64,000 nucleotides of DNA, taken from the IMG/VR virus record IMGVR_UViG_3300014205_000004, positions 60,497 through 124,496 of that record. One strand, 5' to 3'. The position numbers and the translations under genes were made by a program. Source of the stretch: a virus. Taxonomy: Duplodnaviria; Caudoviricetes. Below are positions 47,440 to 57,327 of this stretch, one piece after another; within the stretch, counting starts at the first letter, position 1, and each line of letters opens with the position of its first letter. Below the pieces are notes generated by a model, which was not told the origin of the DNA, searched no databases, and saw only the letters and a list, made by a program, of their open reading frames with translations.

Positions 47440-50400
47440 TTAGTACTGGTCATTGAGGTTCGGGTCTGTGTACCAGAGCCCGTCTACGTCTTGGGCGTCG
47501 GCGTACCCTTCGATGACCTGAGCGAGGGGAAGGAGGCCTGTAATCTCAGTGTACGCCTCAATGATGCCCAGGATGATGGACAGGCGCGCGAGTGCGACGC
47601 GAGCTTCAATCGGAAGGACCTGGAGCAGGCGTACGGTCTGCGTTGCCTCGAAGGCCGTCTCGATGAGCTTGGCGACGCCAAGGTTGGCTTCGAGAGTGAA
47701 GACCTCGTCCACCAGGAGCTCTTGCAGGGCCTCGATGGGGCCTTCCTTGGCGAGCGCGAGGCGCTGCGCGGCTTCGATGATCGCGACGTTGCCGCGCGTC
47801 ACACCGCTGAGTGCCTCCACCTTCAGCTGCTCTACGACGAGGTTGACGCCAACCAAGCCTTCGGTCTTAAGGCTCAAAGCCATAAGCAGTGAGCCATAGG
47901 CTTCTATAGGAAAGACCTTAGACGCGGTCAGGTTCAGGAGCGCCTCAACCGGTACCAGCTCATCCTTGGTGATGCCCAGCTGTGCTTCGATTTCGACAGT
48001 CACCTGCTCCGCGATGTTCAGGACAGCCTCTTCGAGAGTCTGCTGCTGAATGGAGAGGATCTGAAGTGCTTCGATCGGCATGACAGCCAGGGCGGTGATG
48101 ACGCCCGGCGAGCCGAGGTTCTCGATCTGGAGCGACACAGCGCTCGCGACACCACCGAGTGCCTCAATGAGCGACTCGACAGTCGATGCCAGGCCGCGGG
48201 TCGCTTCGCTCGGAGCAGCGACCGTGAACGCGACGAGGGCAATGGCTTCGGGATGAGTGACAAGGCCCTGAGAGAGGGCGAACAGTGCTTCGATGTGATT
48301 TTCGACCGTAGCCGTCAGCCCGCTCAGCGCCTCTACGTCGCCTTCGTGCACGGCCATGACGCCTTCGAGAGACTCGATGGGGTTGGTCGTTGAGGCGATA
48401 ACGCCGTTGAGGACCTCGACCGCGGACTCGCGCGTCAGCGACAAACCCATGAGAGCTTCGATCGGGTTCCCGTTCACCGAAACCAGGTTGGCCAGCGCTT
48501 CCAGTGCAATGTCTTCAGCGAAGCCCATCTGCTGCATCGCTTCAATGCCGGCCTCGATGGGGATAGAAAGGCCCTGTGCCGCCTCGCTCAGGAACTGGAC
48601 CACGGCGTACAGCCCCTGCGCTGTTTCGTACTCAACATCCATCAGGCTGCTGATGCCGGCGATGACTTCAGTGAGCGGGACGCTCGTGAGCCGTAGGTTC
48701 TGAATCGCCTCGATAGGCACTTCCGCCAGGGCAGAGACGACGAGTCCGTCATACAGGACTTCGGTGGGAGCGCCGAGAAGTGACGACACACCACCGAGGG
48801 CCTCGATGATTGCCTGCGTGAATTCCTTGACGCCGACAACGGCTTCCGTTGTGGCTTCAATGTCCACCGAAACGAGGGCCATGCCTTCGGTCTGAATCGG
48901 GTTGACGATCTCGGTGTACTGGAGGGCCTCGGTCTGTGCTTCCTCGCCCGCGGCGACGCCCTGCTGTGCTTCTGTGGCGATGGTACCCAGGATTAGCGAG
49001 ATGTTGGCCTGGGTCTCCACGGGGATCGGGCTCGCTTCAACGATGTCCTGCAGCGTCTCAAGCGACACAACGCCAGTCATCACCAGCGAGGCCAGTGCTT
49101 CCAGCGGGAAGGCCGCGAGCGTAAACGCGGTCGTCTGCTCGACCTCAGTGTGCAGGACCGATGCGATGACCGCGCCACCGAGAGCTTCGATAATTGCTGC
49201 GGCCAGGGCGTTCGCTGCAGCGAGACCTTCGTACTGCACGGTCATCGAGAACGGCACCACGACCTGGCTCGCTTCGATGTTGATAGCGTGCTGGAACTGC
49301 GCCAGCTGAAGGGCTTCGATACTGGTGACATGCGCGGACCCGATACCGCTCGTCGCCTCGATAACCATTTCCCGAGTCTGCAGGAGAGCCTGCAAAGCTT
49401 CAGTCCGAGTAGTCAACAGCATACTCTCCTGATGAAGTGCCTCCAGCATACTATCTGATGCCGCGGAAACTTCAGTTAGAGCTTCAATCAAATTGACTTG
49501 TTGTGATGACAATCCACCAAGTGCTTCAATCTGTTCCTGGTTGGCCGCAGCGATCTGCTGCACGGCTTCGGTCAGCGTCGAAATCAGCATGCTTGCCTGC
49601 TGCACGCCTTCAATCGGGAGGACCGGCACCAAGCTGAGTGCCTGCAACGCTTCGATGATGGCTACGAAGGTCTGGCTGACGGGCGTCCCACCGCCGACAG
49701 CAAGGGCGATGTCGAACACCGTGCCAGAGTCCCGAAGGGAGAAGTCGAACGGGTTGCCAGAACCATCACCCAGGTTCTCTGTGAGAGCCGTGAGCGTTGC
49801 GGAGACACCCTCCTGGGCCTCGATGAGCGCTAGGAATGCTTGGCTGACAGGGATCAGTACGTAATCGGATGGACGTATGGCGATCATCGCGGCCATCATC
49901 GCGGCCGACCCCGCGTCCGTGTACGTCGCTGTGCCTGTAGCGCCAGCTTCAGTCGGCCCATCCACCCAGTACGAGTCGAGCTCTGCACCGCCGGTGTCGT
50001 CGTGGATCTCCGTCCATCCCGACATGTTGCCAGCCAAGCCTGCCCAAGCCCGCCCAAATGCGACCAGGAGCGTCTTTCCGGTGGTGGTATTCATCGACGG
50101 AATCACGACCGACGAGGTCGCGCCATCGTTATTTACTGACGAGTACCCATCGATCGGGACACCCATGCCCTGGGTCCCGACAATGCGTACGATTTGGATG
50201 TAGTTGTCGTTGTCCGTGGTCCACGTCCAGGTGAGAGCAGGCGCTGAAGCGCCGCGTCGAATCCAGTACCAGTACTGGTCGCACGACTGTCCGCCGTTGT
50301 TGCCTGCTGTGCCTATGTAGCTCCAGCCAGCAGGAGCCGTGACGCCCGTTGAGCTGCCGTTCTGTACCTGCAGGCAGGCGAGCAAAACGTCAGTCTCGCG

Positions 50401-53400
50401 CGTATCAGCCGGCTCGACACCAAGGGCTGAGTTGTTGGCTCCGTAAATTCGATGCTCGTAGCCAGCAAAGTCAGGTGCTTGCCCCTTCTTACGCAACACC
50501 GCTGACCAGGTGGCAGCTACGCTACTCCCACCGAGAGACCAGGTCGCGACGCCGGTCGTGCCCGGTGTCGTAAACACACGATAAGACATCGCGAAGCCGC
50601 CCCCGCCGTTACCGGCTGGGTTGCGGTTTTCGATTTCTGTGTGGCTTGTCGGGACGGTGATCGTTTGGCTGGTGCCCAGCGTAAGGCCACAGACCATGAC
50701 CGAGTCTTGCCCCCATCGTGTGACCGACAGCGAACCAGGATTGCTTGAAGTCGAAGCGGTATCGAATCTTGGGCCGGTATCGAATGGCGAGTACGGGTCA
50801 ACATTGCGCCACACCGACAGCTGTATGGAGTAGTCTCCAATGCTGCCACCGGTCGTCCACACGAGGGACGGTGCAGACGCGCCGCGTTTGATGCAGAAGA
50901 CGTGGATGTCGTTGTTCGCCCCGTCTGGCGCAGAACCAAGGCTGGTCCAGCCAGCCGGTGCTGTTGGAGCGCCGGCGACGTTGTCCGTCACGTGCGCCAG
51001 GTAGAAGTCGTCTTCGAGTGCGCCAGGCACGTCGACCGCGGTGAGTTTTGCGGTGACCTCGGAGGAGCCAACGAGCACGACGTCGGTCTGCGGCGTATAC
51101 GCTCCCGCAGAGGTAGCCGACTTCAGGAGAATTGACGCGGCACGACCCTCTGTTGCTGCTGCGGTCACGACATCGACAGTACCCGTCAAGCCGTTGGCAG
51201 AGAGGACCTTGTCGTAAACCTTTGCCGCAGCTGCCCCGCTGTTGTCGTAGCGCTCGTCAAAGCCCGCCGGCGTTGTTGCCGCCGAGTAGTTGTCCTCGAC
51301 CGCGATGACGACGTGCAGGTCGTTGGTGTACGCCGCCCACACCGAAGGAGCGATGTGGCTGGTCGTGGTGCCCTCATGGGACACCAGGAACGCATCAAAA
51401 GGCGTCGTCTGGTCGACGCCGACGTACAGGCTAGTCACTACGTCCGAGAAGACGTACTCAGCACCTGCCGTCCACTGGAGCGCTTGGTAGTCGCCAGCGT
51501 CTCCTGGCTCGACGAACTTGTAGAGGACCACCCAGTGGTCGCCACTTGTCGGCTGCCAAGCGTCCCAAAGCAAAGACCAGCCAGCAGGAAGCGACAGTCC
51601 CGTCAGCACGGCGGACTCGTAGTTGATGGTCGCGGACGCGATCGCCAGGTCACCCACCTGTGCGTTCGCGTTGATGTCAAAGATGTGGGTGATCGTCTCA
51701 CCGTTGTGCCCGGTGCCGCCCGGCGAGGCACTACCACTGACGTCGGAGCGCCGCCAGTATGCATTCGGCAGTTCGCTTCCTTGCTTGCGCCGGAAGTCGC
51801 TCGTCGGAACGTTCAGGTAGCTGCTGAACGTGAAAAGGCCGGACTTGATGGTGTAAGGGTTGGCGGTACCTTCCTGCCACACGGTAAGGATCCGCCCATC
51901 GGGCGTGACTGCTGCCATTGGTGCCCGGCGGTCCGCCGACGTCGTGTCTGTCAGGTCGACGATCGGGCCCCAAGCCCTGGCGTCGGCCATCCAGCGCCGA
52001 TACGCAATGCGGTAGTTGCCTGCGCCGATGTACCGGGAGTACACCATCACCAGGTCAGGTGAGTTCGGGACGCGGCAAAGACTCGGCTGCCGGTCCTGGA
52101 AGCTCCCGCCCAGGTGAGCGCCGTTTGCCCACGTGTCTGACCAGGATTCGTAGTAGGTGTATCCGATCTTCGTGTCGTTGGTATCGCCCTTGCCCCAGAC
52201 GTACACAAACACACCGTTGCCGTCGGCCATCCCGTGTGCACGGTCAGCCCAGTTGTTCCAGATGACCGCTTCGGCATCTGTAGACGGATCCTCGGTCTGC
52301 TGCGTGGACCAAGTCGTGAGCCCGTCGGTAACTAGGTGCCTACGCCAACCGACCACATCGCCACCTGTCGCGGTGACAGCCAGCAGAGTTGCGCGATCGG
52401 GACCACACACACCCATAGCGGTGTAGCTCTGAGTCCCGCTGAGGTCAGACGTGCTGAGGGACTGAGTCCAGGTGGCTCCAGCATCGGTTGAGTAGAAGAA
52501 CCGCTGGCTCCACGAACCTACCCACGCCCCCATGTGGACCCACATGTAGCCACGGGCATCGACCGAGATGTGTCCGTTTTCAGCAACGTTCGTACCCCAG
52601 TCGACTCCAGATGAGTCGATAGCGACGGGGCTGGACACGGACCACGTACCACCGCTGCGCGTCAGCCTATAGAAGTTCAGGTTGGCTGTGTACGAAGACG
52701 TGACGACGTATATGCAGTCCTGGAGCTCGTCGTAGCGTACAGCCCTGAGGTACTGGCTGGAGATGGTTTGTGGCAGCAGCCACCCGGTGTACGCACTGTT
52801 CGCTACCGAGAACACGGTGTTCGAACCGTTGTACCATGCCAGGAACGCTTGCCCGTTGTTGGTGATGATCAGGCTATCTGGCGTGGACTTCAGTGTGTCA
52901 GCAGAGCTGGTGCCGGGGTTGTCCGCGACGACGTCCACGAGAAGCTCGATGATCGCCCCGCCAAACGATCCAACCTGCGTACCGAGGTCGCTGAACGTGG
53001 CTGTAGGACTGGTCGCGCCGGTACGCTGAAAGGCAAACGACGATATGTACGCGAGATCGTTGTTGACCAGCTGCGTGTAGTCCGTAGGCACGCTAACTGT
53101 GCCGTTAGCGTCGTTGGACTTTGCGCCAAGTACCAGCACATAGTTTGTAGGTGTCGGGTCACCTCCGAGGCTCACCGCACTAGCTTCGGTGTTTCCTCCA
53201 CCTTCGTTCGTCGCCGTAAGTACAATGGCTTGCGCTTCGGCATTGTTGGGGTCGAAGTCGCCAGAGTTAGGTGTGACTTCGACAATGACCCAGGCATAGT
53301 GATAGTGCTGGATGGACGCAGTGACGTCTATTTGCAGTGTGCGAGCACCGCTCGTTGGAATACATGTGAACAACGCGCCTCGGCAGTCGAAAAACGTCTC

Positions 53401-53628
53401 CGTGTTCCATGCGACTTCGTTGCTTTCACCGACCTTCGTCCAAGTATCTGACGTACCGGCTGTGGTCGTAACAGCTATGGGCGTTGTGCCCTCATTGTGC
53501 CCGTTCTCCTCCACCCACACGTACAAGTAGACCTTACCGCCAACAGTCGGCGTGAAGCTGCCCGTTGAAGTAGTCTCTGAAGGTACGCCTACCGTGCCGC
53601 CTGACGCAATGTGGGTTATGGTCGGCAT
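47440..53628 (-). CDS. 2062-aa virion fibre/adhesin-like protein with C-terminal 14-aa repeats
   Basis: N-terminal beta domains incl. an Asp-box-like STDAGATW; three PAGW-containing repeats; roughly 50 IEA-type 14-aa repeats. Confidence 0.75.
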   Translation of the reverse strand: MPTITHIASGGTVGVPSETTSTGSFTPTVGGKVYLYVWVEENGHNEGTTPIAVTTTAGTSDTWTKVGESNEVAWNTETFFDCRGALFTCIPTSGARTLQIDVTASIQHYHYAWVIVEVTPNSGDFDPNNAEAQAIVLTATNEGGGNTEASAVSLGGDPTPTNYVLVLGAKSNDANGTVSVPTDYTQLVNNDLAYISSFAFQRTGATSPTATFSDLGTQVGSFGGAIIELLVDVVADNPGTSSADTLKSTPDSLIITNNGQAFLAWYNGSNTVFSVANSAYTGWLLPQTISSQYLRAVRYDELQDCIYVVTSSYTANLNFYRLTRSGGTWSVSSPVAIDSSGVDWGTNVAENGHISVDARGYMWVHMGAWVGSWSQRFFYSTDAGATWTQSLSTSDLSGTQSYTAMGVCGPDRATLLAVTATGGDVVGWRRHLVTDGLTTWSTQQTEDPSTDAEAVIWNNWADRAHGMADGNGVFVYVWGKGDTNDTKIGYTYYESWSDTWANGAHLGGSFQDRQPSLCRVPNSPDLVMVYSRYIGAGNYRIAYRRWMADARAWGPIVDLTDTTSADRRAPMAAVTPDGRILTVWQEGTANPYTIKSGLFTFSSYLNVPTSDFRRKQGSELPNAYWRRSDVSGSASPGGTGHNGETITHIFDINANAQVGDLAIASATINYESAVLTGLSLPAGWSLLWDAWQPTSGDHWVVLYKFVEPGDAGDYQALQWTAGAEYVFSDVVTSLYVGVDQTTPFDAFLVSHEGTTTSHIAPSVWAAYTNDLHVVIAVEDNYSAATTPAGFDERYDNSGAAAAKVYDKVLSANGLTGTVDVVTAAATEGRAASILLKSATSAGAYTPQTDVVLVGSSEVTAKLTAVDVPGALEDDFYLAHVTDNVAGAPTAPAGWTSLGSAPDGANNDIHVFCIKRGASAPSLVWTTGGSIGDYSIQLSVWRNVDPYSPFDTGPRFDTASTSSNPGSLSVTRWGQDSVMVCGLTLGTSQTITVPTSHTEIENRNPAGNGGGGFAMSYRVFTTPGTTGVATWSLGGSSVAATWSAVLRKKGQAPDFAGYEHRIYGANNSALGVEPADTRETDVLLACLQVQNGSSTGVTAPAGWSYIGTAGNNGGQSCDQYWYWIRRGASAPALTWTWTTDNDNYIQIVRIVGTQGMGVPIDGYSSVNNDGATSSVVIPSMNTTTGKTLLVAFGRAWAGLAGNMSGWTEIHDDTGGAELDSYWVDGPTEAGATGTATYTDAGSAAMMAAMIAIRPSDYVLIPVSQAFLALIEAQEGVSATLTALTENLGDGSGNPFDFSLRDSGTVFDIALAVGGGTPVSQTFVAIIEALQALSLVPVLPIEGVQQASMLISTLTEAVQQIAAANQEQIEALGGLSSQQVNLIEALTEVSAASDSMLEALHQESMLLTTRTEALQALLQTREMVIEATSGIGSAHVTSIEALQLAQFQHAINIEASQVVVPFSMTVQYEGLAAANALAAAIIEALGGAVIASVLHTEVEQTTAFTLAAFPLEALASLVMTGVVSLETLQDIVEASPIPVETQANISLILGTIATEAQQGVAAGEEAQTEALQYTEIVNPIQTEGMALVSVDIEATTEAVVGVKEFTQAIIEALGGVSSLLGAPTEVLYDGLVVSALAEVPIEAIQNLRLTSVPLTEVIAGISSLMDVEYETAQGLYAVVQFLSEAAQGLSIPIEAGIEAMQQMGFAEDIALEALANLVSVNGNPIEALMGLSLTRESAVEVLNGVIASTTNPIESLEGVMAVHEGDVEALSGLTATVENHIEALFALSQGLVTHPEAIALVAFTVAAPSEATRGLASTVESLIEALGGVASAVSLQIENLGSPGVITALAVMPIEALQILSIQQQTLEEAVLNIAEQVTVEIEAQLGITKDELVPVEALLNLTASKVFPIEAYGSLLMALSLKTEGLVGVNLVVEQLKVEALSGVTRGNVAIIEAAQRLALAKEGPIEALQELLVDEVFTLEANLGVAKLIETAFEATQTVRLLQVLPIEARVALARLSIILGIIEAYTEITGLLPLAQVIEGYADAQDVDGLWYTDPNLNDQY

Positions 53629-53634
53629 CTATGG

Positions 53635-54063
53635 TCAGGCCGTCTGAATCGAATAGGTCTCGCAGGTGATGGCGTGGCTACCGCCCGTACTGTCCAACGC
53701 CGCACCGCTCTGGTTCTCCACCGCGACTTTGAATTTCTTGGGCAGGTAAGGGACCAACCTGAAAGCCTTGATGTACGTCGTCGCGTTGGCGACAAGTGCG
53801 ATTGCCCCTAGCAGGACGCCTCCGTTCGCAGTGCTGTCCGGATAGGTCGTGCCGTTGTCCGCGGACGGAAGCAGGTACACGTTCGCCAGGCCGGTAGCAG
53901 ACACGCCGGAAGCACCCGTCTTGAGCTTGACGACCAGCCAGCCGTCCGTATCGAGGTTGCTGGAGTTGTCGATTTCGCTTGACGCAACGAACGTGTTGTT
54001 CGCCAGCGACGCGAGCGTGATCGTCACCGTCGGGTTGTGGGCGAGTGCCTTCGAAGTGGTCAT
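53635..54063 (-). CDS. putative virion structural protein
   Basis: AAGG RBS and ATG 54063; Ser/Thr/Ala-rich beta protein. Confidence 0.6.
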   Translation of the reverse strand: MTTSKALAHNPTVTITLASLANNTFVASSEIDNSSNLDTDGWLVVKLKTGASGVSATGLANVYLLPSADNGTTYPDSTANGGVLLGAIALVANATTYIKAFRLVPYLPKKFKVAVENQSGAALDSTGGSHAITCETYSIQTA

Positions 54064-54076
54064 GACTGTGTACCTT

Positions 54077-56026
54077 TCATGAGGAAGCCACGCCCTTCCA
54101 GGACGCGCCCGTGTGTGTTGCGTTTTCCATGCAGACGGCGAACACGTCGTCGACGTTGTCGTACCAGGTGAACGTGTAGTCGCCGCCGGCCGATGTCGTG
54201 ACGACTCCGATGAGTTCGTTGTTGTACTCACGGAAGATGCGCACGCTGAGCCCGGCCCCGTCGGCGTCCACGTAGCCGCTCACCGCGCCCGCAACCGTCC
54301 ACGTCATCGCGTGGTAGGTGGTCCACATGCTCCAACTCGCATACACGCTGGGGGAGGCGTCGAGTCGCCAGCTGCGGGTTACTTCAAGGTCAAGACGCTC
54401 TGTGTCGGGATCTGCCGGCCAGCGTTTGAAGGCGGATCTGGGAGCTCCGTAGAGTGTGACGTTGGTGTTCTTCTCCACGTCCTGCGTTGCCATACCCGAG
54501 TACAGCGGCTCCCAGCCTTCACCAGGACCTTCACCGCTGGCGCGCTCTGCCTGCAGCGCAACCGCGCTGGCAGCGACCGACGACCCGTGCACAACAACTT
54601 CGCTAACCAACCCCATAACGTAATACGACGTCTCTGCGAGGGTTGCGGCAGCTACGGTGTTAACGACGCGCCCCTGCGATGTAGCCGCGTTGTTCGGCGC
54701 GATGAGCTGATGGGTGGTGTGTGCGTGTGCACCGGGGCCCAAAGCGGACACACCGCTCGTGTAGTTGAGAATCATGAACCCGCTGAGGTTCCAGAACAGG
54801 TTTGCGGTCCCAGCGTAGATACGCAGTTCGTAGTAGTTGCGCCCGCGGGCGAGCGTCTCGAATGCTGACCCGTTTGTGCCGCCCGAGTCGATGCGATGAA
54901 CCAAGCTGTGCTGGCCCAACTCGAACGACGAAGTTCCCGCGAGGGTGTAGCTGGTGTAGGAGGCTTGGTCGCCAACCGCTACGTTCAACGCAACTCCGCC
55001 AGGTGCGTTCGTCTGCACCCAAAGGCAGACCGCGGACTCCTTCATCGTGATGTTCGTCGGTTCCTCGATGAGGAAGGTCCGGGACCAGGAGTCAGCATCT
55101 GCTGACGTCGTACCCGGAACCTGGCCGATCGTGTCGATGGCTCCGAGCATCAATGAGTTGAATACTGTCGTCGTGCCGGCAAGCGTGAACTCGTACGTCA
55201 CCACAATCATGCCGCCTACGCGACCGAACCGGCTGGCTACAGAAGTCTGAAGTTCGAGCGACTGCGCAGAGGTGTTAACGACTGACGTGATGTTGTATGC
55301 CGTGCGGAAGTGACAGGCGTTACCTGTAAGACCCTGCTCAGACAACCAGATGTTCTGAGACCCACCACCGCCACCAATACGCATAGACAGTGTCGCGTCA
55401 GTAGTGGACGCACTGGACGCACCTTCAGAACCCCAAAGTTCCAGAGAGGCATTTCGAAGCGTGTACGACGCTTCTGGTATGTAGGAGCCCCCGTTGCCTA
55501 TTCCGGGAATTGCGGTAGCCCCGCCGAGCGTGCTCCACGACGTTGTCGTGGCCGGGTACTGTGCTGTGCTCTCCAGTGGGATCCGAATCGTCTTAACCTG
55601 AGTTGCGCTCGTGTCGTCGTAGTCGTACGTGATGATCAGCTTGAACCAGTGGTTCGCCGTCGCGGTGCCGGCCGCGCTGAAACGCAACACCCAGTTTGCT
55701 GAAGAGCCAGACCAGTTGGTCGTGAAGTAGGACGTGACGTCCCGCTGAAACAGGAACACCTGGGACTCACCGCTGTTGGCCGGCGGGTTCGTGCTGGCGA
55801 CGCTGTCCCAGGTCGATCCGTTGTAGCTGATACCCAGGGTCGGAGACGTCATCGTCGCCGCGGTCGAGATGTTGTCGCGGCAAATTAGTTGAAGCGTGAC
55901 GCTCCGGAAAGTCTTACCAGACTCCGGCAGGTAGATGCTGATGTTCTGATCACGGTTGGTCGACACGGCGAGGTTGGTTGGGTCAACCGTCGTTGCGAAC
56001 TCAACCGTCTTGGTACGTGTCGCCAT
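54077..56026 (-). CDS. putative virion structural protein (649 aa)
   Basis: Ser/Thr/Gly/Trp-rich beta protein in a co-oriented block. Confidence 0.65.
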   Translation of the reverse strand: MATRTKTVEFATTVDPTNLAVSTNRDQNISIYLPESGKTFRSVTLQLICRDNISTAATMTSPTLGISYNGSTWDSVASTNPPANSGESQVFLFQRDVTSYFTTNWSGSSANWVLRFSAAGTATANHWFKLIITYDYDDTSATQVKTIRIPLESTAQYPATTTSWSTLGGATAIPGIGNGGSYIPEASYTLRNASLELWGSEGASSASTTDATLSMRIGGGGGSQNIWLSEQGLTGNACHFRTAYNITSVVNTSAQSLELQTSVASRFGRVGGMIVVTYEFTLAGTTTVFNSLMLGAIDTIGQVPGTTSADADSWSRTFLIEEPTNITMKESAVCLWVQTNAPGGVALNVAVGDQASYTSYTLAGTSSFELGQHSLVHRIDSGGTNGSAFETLARGRNYYELRIYAGTANLFWNLSGFMILNYTSGVSALGPGAHAHTTHQLIAPNNAATSQGRVVNTVAAATLAETSYYVMGLVSEVVVHGSSVAASAVALQAERASGEGPGEGWEPLYSGMATQDVEKNTNVTLYGAPRSAFKRWPADPDTERLDLEVTRSWRLDASPSVYASWSMWTTYHAMTWTVAGAVSGYVDADGAGLSVRIFREYNNELIGVVTTSAGGDYTFTWYDNVDDVFAVCMENATHTGASWKGVASS

Positions 56027-56039
56027 CTACCGATTCCCT

Positions 56040-56076
56040 TAGAAAGAAAGCCGGGAGCTTGCGGACTCACCGGCTT
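56040..56076 (-). terminator. terminator-like hairpin
   Basis: Minus strand AAGCCGG...CCGGCTTTCTTTCT. Confidence 0.55.
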
Positions 56077-56140
56077 GATGCGAATTCAAAAAGCGCCGCA
56101 ACGCACCGTGCCGCCGAAGCGAACCACGGGAGGTACTGGG

Positions 56141-56875
56141 TTAGACGGTTGAGCCGGCTGCTTGGACGGTGTAGGAACTCTTGTACGGAGCCGCGGCAGC
56201 GGCGAGGGTCTGCTTTAGCCAGACGCCGATGGCCTCGCCCGCCGCGAGGTCCGTACCAGGCACGTTTTTGTCCGTGTCGTTGAAAGTCAAACCAGGGTCG
56301 GTGAGCCGGTTCGCGACCGAACCGGTGTCATCTTTTGAAGCAGCCAGAGCGTGCATGACGTCGGCTTCGGGGTCAGCACTCTGATTGATGGAAGCCGACA
56401 GCAGCGCCAAAGTCGCGTGCGTGTTCTTGATGAAGATCTTCTCAAAGCGGTCCTTGCCTACGGACGGGTCGCTGGCCGCGTTGATGAACAGGCGGCGGAA
56501 GCCACGCTCACCGACCGGGATCGTGCCGATCGTTGTGTCGTCGGTGTCGCGCCGGACAGTAACCACACCGATGGCATCCGACGCGAGAGCGACGCTGAGG
56601 ATGCGTTCGAACGCGTTGGTGGAGAGGTTGACCGGCGTGATGCCAGTCATGGCGATTGTCTGAGACGCAATCGCGCCACTGGCGAGCCGGCCCTTGACCG
56701 TGATGTTCTGGGTGTCGCTGGCGCTGGTGGATACCGCTTCGACGTCGTCGGTCGCGGCGATGTCGGTGAAAACGACGCGCGTCTTGGCATCGATCGCACC
56801 ACCAGACGTGGTGGTGTCGTCCTCCGGCATGTTAGCCGAGGCGTAGGCAATGATATCGCTGGCAGTAACGGGCAT
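56141..56875 (-). CDS. putative abundant virion structural protein
   Basis: AGGAG RBS; TAA stop followed by hairpins; GTDLAAGEAIGVWLK pattern; first gene of the block. Confidence 0.6.
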   Translation of the reverse strand: MPVTASDIIAYASANMPEDDTTTSGGAIDAKTRVVFTDIAATDDVEAVSTSASDTQNITVKGRLASGAIASQTIAMTGITPVNLSTNAFERILSVALASDAIGVVTVRRDTDDTTIGTIPVGERGFRRLFINAASDPSVGKDRFEKIFIKNTHATLALLSASINQSADPEADVMHALAASKDDTGSVANRLTDPGLTFNDTDKNVPGTDLAAGEAIGVWLKQTLAAAAAPYKSSYTVQAAGSTV

Positions 56876-56962
56876 GCCGGAGTGCTCCTGGAGAAGGTAT
56901 TGTAGCCTCTCCAGTATAGCGACTGATGCCGTGAGCCGAGCGGAAACCGATTACTAGACTGA

Positions 56963-57226
56963 CTACTTGCGTGTAGTGGAGTCTTCTTCACCTGGCATCG
57001 GCAACGCTTCCCAGACACGTCCACGAGGAAGCTTCTCCGGACCAGGCTCTTTGGTGAGAATCAGGATGAGACCGATCACCATCCCGATGTAGCTCATCAG
57101 GGCCCACCAGGCGTATGCCGGCGAGCGTCGCCGGTTGTGCGCGACGAGTAGCAACACACCCATAGGCATCCACAGCGGGAACGTGAGAATGCCCAGGATA
57201 CCGACGATTACTTCCAACTCACCCAT
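56963..57226 (-). CDS. small membrane protein
   Basis: GAGGAG RBS; two hydrophobic helices; next to attP. Confidence 0.6.
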   Translation of the reverse strand: MGELEVIVGILGILTFPLWMPMGVLLLVAHNRRRSPAYAWWALMSYIGMVIGLILILTKEPGPEKLPRGRVWEALPMPGEEDSTTRK

Positions 57227-57270
57227 GTCAGCTTGTCTCCTCAGTCAGTGACCGAAACTGTAACTCAAAA

Positions 57271-57326
57271 CGCGTAAATCCACGAGCCAATTCAGCCAAG
57301 GCTGAGTTTGCTCGTGGATTTACGCG
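57271..57326. other. putative attP site of the serine integrase
   Basis: 27-bp inverted arms (25/27 match) around a central AA dinucleotide, 1 bp from the integrase stop codon. Confidence 0.75.
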
Positions 57327-57327
57327 G

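Noticed and set aside
47440-56875. Diversity-generating retroelement or invertible tail-fibre shufflon
   Set aside because: No reverse transcriptase, no template/variable repeat pair and no repeated inversion sites found; the recombinase is an integrase-type LSR with a single att-like site.
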